Positions 37,451 to 49,700 of a stretch of DNA of 64,000 nt are shown here, in pieces. The notes below the pieces were generated by a model. That model was given only the letters and a program-made list of their open reading frames with translations, made no database searches and was not told the DNA's origin. The stretch is from Takakia lepidozioides (lineage: Eukaryota; Plantae; Bryophyta), in contig CM060734.1 of the NCBI GenBank assembly GCA_030704615.1, positions 24,366,001-24,430,000 of the forward strand. Direction: 5' to 3'. A program made the position numbers and the translations under genes. The first letter of the stretch is position 1. The number at the start of each line of letters is the position of its first letter.

Positions 37451-38539
37451 CTAGGTTCCATACATTTTATTAATGTTGATTCGGATTTCTCATGTGAGTA
37501 AGATTTTTATTTATTTCCGTGTACCGTTTTGATTTTGAATACCTTTTAGTTCGCCTTCGGGCCTTGTATTCATGTGTTAGTATTCATAAATTTATATCCG
37601 TGGTTATTCTTTTGCGAGAGTCATTTGGATTCGAGACCGACATATATATATTTTTTCAAAACAAAGTATTTTGTCTAAGTTCGAGTTTTCATTTTTATAA
37701 GCTACCTATCTACGCGGAGGCATTTGCAAAAACATATTTTCGTGCGACGAACACCCAATCTTCTGAATGTCAACCTTATGTGTAGATGGTCTAGTTTCAG
37801 GGCTAGGGTGTTTGTAGACTATATATAGTGCATTTGTATTGGGGATAACAGACTAATTGACAACATGTACTGGGTAATGATGTCTCATGGATACTTGTGC
37901 TAATTAGTATATATCCTTTGCATTGGCTAAATTTGTATATCATTCGGCTGTGATGTCGACGTTTAATGAATTTGGAGTCATGCAAATCAATGTGTTATTA
38001 ATATGTATCATTTGCATTGTCTAATGTAAGTCATTCAACTTTGATGTCGACGTTTAAGGAATTTGGAATCATGCACATTCACTTGAAAAACTAAATCTTG
38101 ATTTATTGCTTCACAATATTGTAATTATTTGATTTAATTTAAATATAAAATTATATTAAGTTTTGTCCGGATTTAAGCCAAAATTCCAGAATTAGTTAAA
38201 ATTGAGTTACCTAACAATTTGACCACATAAGAACCCCAAGCACTTACTCAGCTTATAGCTTACAGCTTAAATCGCCATTCAGATCGCCTCAATCAAAGAG
38301 CCGCAACTTTCCATTGCTGCACCCTAACCCCTAACGCTCCACATATTGATACCTAGGGTGTAAGCGACAACGGAAGAGGGAGTACTGGTATCGACAAAGT
38401 TGCGTTCTTTGCAATACCAGGCTGATCTGGTAGGAGCCCAAATATTAGGGTTTTGCTCTACTCCCCCCAATATGTTCTGCCCGGGGTACTGCTAGTTGCT
38501 TATACCCGCCTGGTCTGGTACCCTGTTGCGCTACCCTTA

Positions 38540-39032
38540 GAGCATCTCCTACAGCACGGCAAAGACCCCTGGCCTGCGCCAATCTAGTCCCGCCGTGAAG
38601 GGTGGGGCCCAAACTAAACCCCAACGGTGCCCAAAATATTTGTGGCGGGGCCGCTCAAATTGGTATTTGCCCCGCCACATTTGGGCATATCTGGCGGGCT
38701 CCAAACCTGGCCCGCCAGATGTTTGAATCCTTTTCCTAACTACACGTGTCTGCAACCCTCATTAATCTGCTGGCCCGCCACCTGTTTGAATGTCTTTCCT
38801 AACTACACGTGTCTGCAACCCTCATTAATCCGCGACTTTGCCATGCTCTCTATAGCCCGAAGTACATATGCCAGCGCAGCAAGGCGGGCCCAAACCTGCC
38901 AAGAGGCGAGGCACCATGCTTGCACGGCAGGGGTTTTTTACTACTCCTCCCCCATCTTGGAAATCGGCCCCGCCAAACGGGCCGTAGAGTGCATTTGGCG
39001 GGGCATTTTGGCTTGCACTGCTGGAGATGCTC
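38540..39032. mobile_element. Tourist-like (PIF/Harbinger) MITE
   Basis: TIRs GAGCATCTCC (38540) and GGAGATGCTC (39032) with a perfect TTA target-site duplication (38537-38539, 39033-39035). 493 bp, with an internal ~60-bp tandem duplication at ~38709-38830. Confidence 0.92.
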
Positions 39033-40784
39033 TTACCCGTGCTGATACCCCGCTTTGCCCCCATATACCGGTCCAACATTGGTACCAACCCACCTACCCT
39101 CCTTGTAGGAAACACTAAAGTCTCTTTGTTTCTAGAGAGTTTATCTGGAAGAACCCAACTGACCTGATTTTTCCAAGGGCTTGTTACCTTCACTGACCAT
39201 GAAACTTGAATAACAATATTTTTCGAGGCACGGCCATCGTCGTATTGAGCTCATCGAGGACGAGATTCAGATTCTTGACTCTCCATGCAATTTATATGTT
39301 TAGATTGCATTCACTTCACTAGAGATCTCAAGATTTTCTTAGTGATCGCGAAGTGCTTAGATCTCACAGAGCAATCTCTGTTTTATGCAAGGTTTTTCTC
39401 AGGATGGATATCTCAATCTCACAAACGCACAATCTCCTTGAAGACGGTTGTCGATACGAGTTCCAATTTGCTTATGGTTGGAAGTTACTTGAGCTTGGGT
39501 TGAGCTTGGGCTGTCATAAATGGAGGCAGACTTCTTCCGAGAGATGCTAGGTATGTTAGAATTAAGATGGATGAACTTTTGGGTTCAACTCATCATCCCT
39601 TAGATATTCTAGATACCTAGAATAGATGCGGCTTAGAATAGCTATTACATAAGTCTTGGGAAGGAGACATCTCTGGGTAGGAGATGACCTCAAGGGAGAG
39701 GCAATCAATCTTTGTACATACCTCTATGGTTGGGAGGAGAGCTCCTTTGTAATAGAGTCATATTCTTTTCATCCATGTATCTTCATAAGTACGTGTGAAG
39801 TACGTGTATGTTTTCTTGACAAGGTAAGGTAGAGCCGCACTGCAGTGGTACAGTTGCGGCCGTATCTTGAGGGCGCTCCAACTGCATGTACAAGCTTATG
39901 ATTGCTGCACTTTGGTGGTAGTAGGTGTAGTCCGGAATGGCATTTCCTGCCATATCTTATCATCCCCAAATCCTTGCCAGTACTACCACCAAGTTCCGCT
40001 TATAAGTTGGTCACCTGGTGAGCTTTCATCAATTTCATGCCATTGGAGTAATCATCAAGATGTGGAGAGTGTACATTCCTCATCATAATCAGGGTGCTGT
40101 GAGAAGATTGCACACCATCATGAACATTCTTTTTTACGCACTGGACCCATTTCCTATTCTGTCGCTGCAAACTCAACAGATCATATAAACCAAGAGAAGG
40201 AGAAATGAAATGAAATGGTGCTTTATAAGGAGAGAGAGAGAGCTCTACGATGTGCTCTCCTGGGGACATAATTCACCTGAGAATTTTCTTTCTGTACGGT
40301 CCCTTTGAGGCCCGTCCCTAAGTGACCACTAGTTACTAATCCTCCAGGAGTAGATCGTGACAGACGGCCGGATAATATTGCCATACCTCGCGCACATCTA
40401 GACAATCCTCTCCACGGAATTGAGTGTTAGTTCATGCAAGTTACTGATCACTACCAGAATCGCTTTCCTGGGGCCTAGCTTGTGCGAGCGGGAAACAGAC
40501 ATAGTTTGTTTACTTCAGAACGGAAGAGCGAGCTAATCTCCCAGAACAACCTAGCGTCAGCTCCTGAAAACTTAAAGAGCAGTTCAAAGCACGCACTATA
40601 ATACAGCGCACCAGCCTCAAAAACTCACTGCAATTACCTGGAGAGAGGGAAGGGGTTCTATACAGGACCTCCCCGTACAATAAACTCGGAGAAGAGGAAG
40701 TGTCAGAGAGATTTGCGCACACAACGCACGTGTACCTGTAGTTTCGAAGCTAAGGATCTCGAGGACAGGAAAGTAACAAGAAAA

Positions 40785-43700
40785 ATGGCGGATTTAGCGA
40801 AAGCAGGGGAGCTCAGGTCATTGGAGTTCATACCTACGTGGGCGGTGGCTACCGTTTGCACCTGTTTCGTTATAGTCTCATTTATTGTGGAGCGTTGCAT
40901 CCATGGTCTGGGCCGAGTACGTTTGCCCACACAGACACTACTCCCTGATCTCTCCCCCACACTGCCAACATGAAAGCTCAGAGGAGAGTCCACATCATGC
41001 GTAATACATGTTACGTACCATATGGTCGGACCTGCTGGTCTGGTTTTAAGCATTCCCACCGTGGCGAACCTGTGAATCAACTTCTAGATTGACCGGTGGA
41101 GATCATCTAGCTTGATTTTCTTCTTCACCTCCTCTGAACTAGACACATAAGCTTGCTCTTAAAATCCAGTGCTTCTTCCAGCTGCCAGTTTTGCTTAGCT
41201 GGGGATGTAAAAGAGTTGCTGAATATTACGAATTCTCTGAGCTGCTTTTGACTATGGGCGTTGAAAGAAATCTACGTACTAGGTGATTGGTCTTTCCTGT
41301 TCATCTGCTTCGAATTTGTGGAGCTGCAGAGATTCTTCCGTGAAGATCTCGAAAAGAGGAACATTACGTTTAGATGCGTCATACTCCCGTTTATAATAGT
41401 TTACTATCATGAATACAGTAAATCATGAACACACGAATAAATAGTGTAATTCCCTTGAGGATGGAGTTTGTGAAATTGGTGTACCTCCTGGAAGCTAAGC
41501 GCCTGATGTCCCCACCCATAGTTAAACCACTTGGCTAGGAAAATAGTGGCTTAGCTGTCTTGCACACCCACTCCCTGTGAGGCCACTGATGCTGCACAAT
41601 GCTAATAGTCCGGGCGATCGAATGACAGTTACTGTAATTCATCTCACGTGTCTCCTGCAGTATCTGCATAAAACCAAGCGAAACCCATTGCTGGAAGCTC
41701 TAGACAAGATGAAAGAAGGTGCGTGACAATTTAATACTTGACCACCATACATCTGATTAGACTGTCTGCCGCACTGGTTCGAGATGGCTTTAATACAAGT
41801 CCTGAACATTCTGCAACATCTTCCCTGTTTTCCAACTCTCGAACTACAACATCTTTCTATCAATCATGTTGGTAACATGGTACATGTTGGCTTGCTCGAA
41901 TTGAGGGGGGGACAGAACTGATGCTGGTGGGATTCATTTCACTGGCGATCACTGTGTTGGCAGAGCCAGTCTCAAAAGTGTGTGTTCACTCCTCCCTTTA
42001 CAACCACTTCACACCTTGCAAGATCTCCCTGCGAAAAAAGACTACGATTGGGGCAGTCACTACAACTGGAAGCCAACAAAGTCCCTTTAATGAAACCTTT
42101 AAGGGTCATCAGTCACAGGGGCGCAAATTGCTTCCTTACGCATTTTCAGGAGGATTTCATGGGCGAGTCCTTCTGCTCATAAAAGAACTCTTCGGCACCT
42201 GCAAGGAGGTGTGCTACACAAGGCTTCAGCATTAGGAGACAAGGAACATGTTGCCTCCTCTCTTCAAGCCTTCTTTTCTATATGGAAGATTGTTGCGCAT
42301 TACAAAGCGTCAAAGGTGATATTTGCGTGAATTGGATGTCCTACTCAATGACCGAGATCTGGCTGATGCAGGGTTATGAACCGTTTGTGTCAAGAGAAGG
42401 CCTCCATCAGCTGCATATTTTTATCTTTGTAATGGCTCTGGCACATGTGACTTACAGTTGTTTCACTATGCTCCTAGCAATTGTCAAGGTGGGGAAATTT
42501 CACATCCCTCTCTTCATGCCTATGTATCATTTCATTTCTCTGACTTCCAGCGGGCACATCTGTAAGAAATTACACAAGATCTACTCTGATAGCATGTCAT
42601 AAGAGAGAGGGGAGAAAAATATTGATCTAGATATATTTTCTATAATAATAATTACACTTCTGGAGTCATTTGTTCTCCGTATGAAGAAGACAAAGAACTA
42701 CAACTATTCAAAGTAACCGTTGTAACTCCCCTTGGGTGACCACTCGGTGTAGCCCTAATCTCAATACATATCACACTCCAAGAGTTGCGTCTATTCACCA
42801 TATAAGATGAAACCTAGACTTATGGATGAGATTATCTGTCATTTCAATATTCCCCCTTAATCTATCCATAATCTAGACTTTGCTAATATGATAGTAAGTC
42901 TTCTAAAAGCTAAGTACTCCAAATCCCTTTATGCAATATTCATGACTAGTTCTATATGACTAGTTTTTCTTTTTTCTCTTATAAAGTGATATATGAGCTC
43001 GATATGCACCGATCATGTGGTAACAACATATCGATACTCTCCTCTGCACTTGAAGTAAGAGGATAACCAGCTTCAGTTGACTAAACTTCTAGGTTCTGGC
43101 CTCTTTTACATTAGGTGTGACAAGACCAATTGTCTCATCTAATTCACACTCCATTTCTTCATGTTTATTTGAACATCCAGAGGTAGTATCTATTGGTATA
43201 GTATTTGGAAATTGAGTAATGGTAGGAGTTATATATCTCCCTCTCCAGCAAGAACCAAGAACCAGTGGTTTTTCATCAAAGATGACATCACAATTTAAAA
43301 GCATCTTTTTAGTTTCTTTATCATATACTTTATAAGCCTTTACCCGTTCTTGTTTTCTGTACCCAATTAGTATGCATCGGAAACTTTTGTAATCCCACTT
43401 CTTTTTTCATTTCATCCGGGACATGTATGAACATGAGCATGACACCCAAAAACCAAAGATTGCTTAAATCGGGTTTTCTACCATGCCACACCTCAAATGG
43501 GGTAGCATTTGACATTGAGGATGTGAGAGACTCATTTCGGAGATAGCTACTGCCTAGCCACTTTGCAATTTTGCCAACTTGAGCATATACACCGTGCACT
43601 TTTCACTAGGTTCTATTTTTTTCTTTCTGAAATCCCATTTTGTTGTGGAGTATAGGCAGTAGTGAATTGATGCACAATCCCATTGTGTTCACAAAATTGA

Positions 43701-46700
43701 TTAAACTCATTCGATGCATATTCACCACCTTCCGATCGGAAGACTTTTATGTTCTTTCCTGTTTGCTCTTGAGCATATGCTTTATAGATTTTGAACTTGT
43801 CAAACACTTCATTCTTATGTTTTAGAAAGTAAATTACTGTGAAGCGTGATCTGTCATCTATAAATGTAACAAAATACCTTGCTCTTCCCATTGCTTGGTT
43901 TGCATGGGACCACATATATTTGAATGAATAAGTTCGAGCACATGAGTTGCACGAGTACCTCCACCTTGTGGAAATGCTTGGCGATGCTGCTTCCCTACCA
44001 TACAACTCTGGCATACAGACAATTCTCTTAAGTTATCCACTTAAACCAATAACCAATTCTTTAATTTGCATGTCTTTTATGATTTTCAAATTTTTTAAGT
44101 GACCCAATATCTGATGCCATAGTAGAGCCTGATTTTCCTCTTTTGTTAATACGGAGAGACCAGACTTTGATGCAGGAACACCAACTCCAATTGGGTATAG
44201 TGCACCTTGCAATGAGCAAGCGATACCAGTCGGATTTCCTGCCCTTCTTATGGTACACTTATCTAGTGTAAACTCGAAGCTTGTTCCAGCTTGAGTCAAT
44301 TTACCAACGGACATCTCCCAGATATAATGGTATGGGAGAATCAAAATGTTAATAAGAACTCAACCATCCCCTGTGAGGAGACATATGCTGAGACGCACCA
44401 GAGTCTAGATACCATGTATATTTGGAAATGGTGCTGACAGACAAACAAGCACTAAACAACTGAATATCAATTGAATCACTAGAATTTGCCGTATTTGCTT
44501 GGGACTTGAATATCCAGTTGGCTCTAGTTGGCTCTATCTGTTACCTTAATTCTACATTCAGCAGCGATGTGCCCTTCTTATGACAATAGAAACAAGGCCT
44601 TTTCTTTTTCTTGGAGTCATTTCAAACATCAGATAAGCTTCCAATTCCTTCTTGATTTCTCTTGTTGGAATTTTGACCGAATCCATTTTGACTGGGACAA
44701 TTGCCTTTGTTCCACCTATTGTCTTTATTGCCTGGATGGCTTGTGTAGAATGTTGAAGATGACGCGTTCCCTTTTCTCGAGGAACTATTATTCATGGCTT
44801 CTTCCTGTTGTAGTCTTCCACATAACGTTGGATAAGACAGTTCAAGGGTTGTTACAAATGACCGCCATGAAGGAGGCAAACTCAGTAGGAGTTGTATTAG
44901 AGTCTCATCATCTGAGATCTCTCAACCGGCCGCAACCATGTGGTTTAGCATCCCTTGGAATGATTCCAAGAATGTTGTCACGGGTTCTCCCTCCTTCATT
45001 AGTTCCCATGAATTTCTTCTTAAGCATCAACGGCGTCGCTTTATCAGTATGTTCATAGAGCGACAACCAGCATGTAGCCCAGTGGTAATGGGCACATACA
45101 ACGTTGGATGTGGTTGTGGGTTCAAACCACCGTCTGGTGTGTCATAAAGGTGTCCACCTTCCTGCTGGAAGGCAGTAGCCCTTGGGGGTCAAGTGACACC
45201 ATAAGTTAGTTACGCTCCATTGGGGAAGGCGTCATACTTTGTTCATAGAGCCTCGTAAAGTATTCCTAAACTTCACTGGCCGTTTCAAGATTTTTGACCA
45301 TCGCTAACTAACTGTTTCCACAGTTCATAAGGATGTCACACTTGGCTCTAGTGTTCTTAAATTGTCAAGCCTTATGCTCATATCAACTGGCCCTAGGTTT
45401 TGTTCAACCCCTTTTACTACATTCAGCAAATCATTTCTTAGCAGCTAAATTTCGATTTTTATTTTCCAAATTGTGAAATTTGTGCTATTTAGTTCTTCAA
45501 TCATTATGGAACGATGCTAAGAAGGTACGAGATGCCTTGGTAGACCCTGATTGTTAGATCAGATTAGTACCACGGACCAACAGTGCTTATGGTTGATGGT
45601 GTGCACTGATCGTTGGATCATATTAGTACCACGGACCAAGTAGAACTGCTTACCTTTCTCTTTTGATAAGAGAATGAAAACACATTCCAAATGAGAATAT
45701 TGTATCTATGTTTTCTGTGAATCTACTAGAGAATGAGCCCAGTATGAAAGAGAATGCTCATCTCTATCTTTTCCTATAATCCAGCTCAGATACCATGTAA
45801 GAAATTACATAGGATCTACTCTCATAGCATGTCATAAGATAAGATAAAGATAAAGTTTCACATAAGTTCAGTCGAGGTGTAGAGAAGTTCTAGCTCACGA
45901 GCTTCGACTTTTTCGCGAAGAAAATGATAGCGAGATCAATATGCTTAGATCGGTCATGAAACCGCGGGTTCTTGGTAAGGGCAATACAGGACTGATTGTC
46001 ACAATATAGTTGAGTACTGCCAAGCTGCGTAAAACCGATTTCGGAGAGAAGTTGTCGAAGCCAGATAGACTCCTTAGCAGCAGAGGCAGCAGCAATGTAT
46101 TCGGGACTCTGTGGAAGATAAAGCCACAGTGGGTTGTTTCCGACTTTGCCAGATAGAGATGGGGAGAGAGCTCCACCATACGTCAGCCCAACTTGGTGGG
46201 AGAATTTGAGATACCTTAAGACACGCTTGACAGCCGTCCAATGAATTTGGCCAGGATTAGACATGAACTGAGCTAGATGCCCAACTGTAAAAGAAAGGTC
46301 AGGTCTGGTGCAGGTGACTAAATACATGAGACTACCTATGGCATTGGCATATGGAACAGAGGCCATAATTACTTTCTCAGAATCACTGGTAGGCATCATA
46401 GACGTGGAAAGTTTGATGCCAGCTTCCATAGGAGTAAGGACGGGCTTACAATCAGCCATGTTAAATTTATGTAAAATGTCATAGATGTACTTATCTTGAC
46501 ATAAGAAAATTTCCTTAGTATGACGATTGCGTTTGAGCTGGATACCAAGGATGTATTCAAGATCACCATTATCGGTCATATGGAACGCTTGAGCCATGAT
46601 AGATTTGGCTTCGCCCAAAAACTTTTGATTGTTGGAGACCAATAGTAGATCATCCACATAAAGACCCAAAACAACAAAAAATGCCTTGGACCGCTTAAGA

Positions 46701-49700
46701 TATACATTGGAGTCAGAGCCACATTTAGAGTAGCCAGTCTGAAGTAAGTGATGATTAAATCGGTCATACCAGACACGAGGGGCCTGTTTAAGTCCGTAGA
46801 GAGACTTGGGTAATCGACACACTTTGTGAGCTTGACCAGGCTGGATGAAACCTTCAGGTTGCTCAAGATAAAGTTCTTCATTCAAATGGCCATTTAGAAA
46901 TGCCGTGGTGACATCCATGTGATGAAGATGGAAGTCGTGTACAGCTGCAAGAGAAATTAGAACCCTTAAAGAGGTCAATTTAACAACAGGGGAAAAGGTT
47001 TCGGCATAATCAATGCCTTCCTCCTGGGTATACCCCCGAGCCACCAACCGTGCTTTAAACCTAGCAAGAGTTCCATCTGAGTTGTATTTCCTACGAAAAA
47101 TCCATTTGTTTGTAACCACGGATCTATTGGGGGGTCTCTCAACGAATTGCCAAGTCTTGTTTTCGAGTAATGAGTTATACTCTGCTTGCATGGCGGCTCT
47201 CCACTGTGAAGCATGAGGGCTAGCTAGTGCTTCAGAAACAGTGGAAGGATCAGTAACACCTGAAGCTAAGAATGCAGAAGCATAAAAATTCTCATCTCGG
47301 AATCTATTAGACTTCCAAGTGCCTTTGGTGGATCGCTCAGATCTCTGAGAACCATCAGCAACTGGCGATGAGTTGCGAGGTGTAGTCGAGAGAGAGGATG
47401 TACCAGAATGAGACTGTCTGGCTTTAGAAAGACGTGAAACTGATTCAGTTAAAATTTCAGGAGGGGTAAGTGGTGGTGTAGCCTCCAGGTCAGGGGCAGT
47501 TAGTTGGAGTGGTGTGACTACTGGCAGTGGAAGAGGAACCTGATTAACAGGACTAGGTGGGATGACCTCCATCACTTCATAGTCGTCTTCCTCCATTGGT
47601 AAATCATCACTGGTAGAGGACGTTGAGGCTCCCCCTGAAAGGGAAGAGTCCTCGTCGAAAATAACACTCCGGATTTGTTACTGGATTATAAAGCTTATAA
47701 CCCTTCATTCCTAGAGATTCACCATAACCAATAAAAATACATTTATTGGCTTTAGAATCAAGCTTCTTTCGTAACTCATCAGGAATGTGTTCATAAGCTG
47801 GACTCCCAAATATCCTAAGATGTGTAATATCAGGCTTGGTGCCAGCCCAGGCTTCGAAAGGAGTCTTGCCGGATAATGAGGAGGTAAAGGACACATTCTG
47901 AAGATAGCAAGCTGTAGAAACTGCTTCAGCCCAAAATGAGTTTGGTAATGAAGCAGATTTCATCATACTGCGAGCAGCCTCTACTAATGTCCTATTCTTA
48001 CGTTCCGAAACTCCGTTTCGACTTTGATTATATGAAACAGCGAATTGTCATTGTATACCATGAATTATACAAAAATTGTTAAATTCAGTGGATTTATATT
48101 CACCACCGTTGTCAGAACGAAGAATTTTAATTCGACATCCTGTTTGGTTTTCAACTAAGGCCTTATAATTCTGAAATTTAGAAAAAAACTTCAGATTTCT
48201 TCTTGAGGTAGTAAACTACTGTGTGACGAGAGAAGTCATCAATAAATATAACAAAGTAGATAGCACCGCCAATTGAGGGAGTCTGCATAGGACCACAGAC
48301 ATCTGAGTGAACTAACTCTAAGAGTGATTTGGCTCGAGTTGCATTAGTAGGGAAACTGGATTTATGATGTTTCCCTAGAATACAGCCCTCACATATAGGC
48401 AGTGATTTATCTAGAGTCGGAAAACCTATGACCAAGTCATGTTGGTGCATATGTTTTAGGGCATTATAATGAAGATGCCCTAAACGATGGTGCCACTTAA
48501 TAGTGTTGTGCGTAGTAGACTTTGAGATGGCAGTCTCAGAGATTGTAAATTGGCACTAAGACCTTTTCCAATAGGGTATAACCTACCAACTTCTTGGGAT
48601 TTAAAGATAATCTCTTTGCCAGTAGAAGTCATTGTAGTAAGAATACAATACCCACAACTGAATTGCACAGTACTATTGCCTGTGCAGGTGATTTGACCTT
48701 CAGACAATAGATTTTTGGCAAGTGTAGGTATATATAATACGTCGGAGATAATAATAACTTGACCAGTGGATAGTTGTATCGACACATGGCCAAATCCAAT
48801 GGCTTTATGTTGGCTATCATCCCCCAAATGTATTATTTGTGGTGTAGACAGTAAGTCATACTCCTGAAACAAATCCTTTCTAAAAGTCATATGCTGAGAT
48901 GCTCCAGAATCTAAGTACCAAGTCTCTTGAAAATCGGGACTGTTGTCAGAGACAGATGTCCACAGTTGAAGATGCTTCTCAGATGAAGAAGCAATATTAG
49001 CACTTGAGGCTAGAGGCTTTTGAGTACTAGAGGCTCGATCTCTAGCCCTTTTTCGACATTCAGGAGCTATGTGCCCCTTTTTATGACAATAGTGGCATTC
49101 CACCATTGTTTTATCCCAATTACGGGAAGATTCACTGAGGTCTTTTCTCTTTGTATTTAACTGACCAACAGGATTTTAGTTTGAACCTTCAAAGACCGAA
49201 GCCTTAGTATATTGAAGCTGTCGTTTCTGCAATGATTTAGCACCTTTAGTAAAGAATGCTGTTGTTTTGTTTGCAGAATTATCATCTTTTATCATTCCTT
49301 CTTCTTGTAACATGTTTTCTATCAAATTTGTTACAGTTAGTGTTGGAATGCTACTTTGTGTGGACACAAAGGATCGCCAAGAAGAAGGCAAGGCTGCAAG
49401 AAGAAGCATAATTTCATGCTTTTCTTCCAGTTCCAGACCAGCAGTGGATGCCTCGTCAAGAACAGTTTGCCATTCTTCTATGAAATTGGTGATTGACTGA
49501 TTGTCAGCCACAGTTAAGTTTATAATCTTCTTATGAATTGCAACTTGACACGCTCTGTTAGTGTGTTGATAGGTTGCCTTAAGCTTTTCCCAGATCTGAT
49601 GTGAGGTTTTAACCCCTCTAACCAATGGAAGTTGACGATCTGAGCAATTTAAAATTATTTCGGCACGAGCCTTGGAGTCTTTCAACTTCCAAGCATTCTG

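Noticed and set aside
38320-38336. Telomere-like CCCTAA repeats (also ~35535-35565)
   Set aside because: Only two imperfect units; not an array.
45890-47596. 568-aa RT ORF as a functional or domesticated gene
   Set aside because: RNase H has an internal deletion and frameshift after GLTYGG, and upstream pol is frameshifted; an ordinary decayed Copia.
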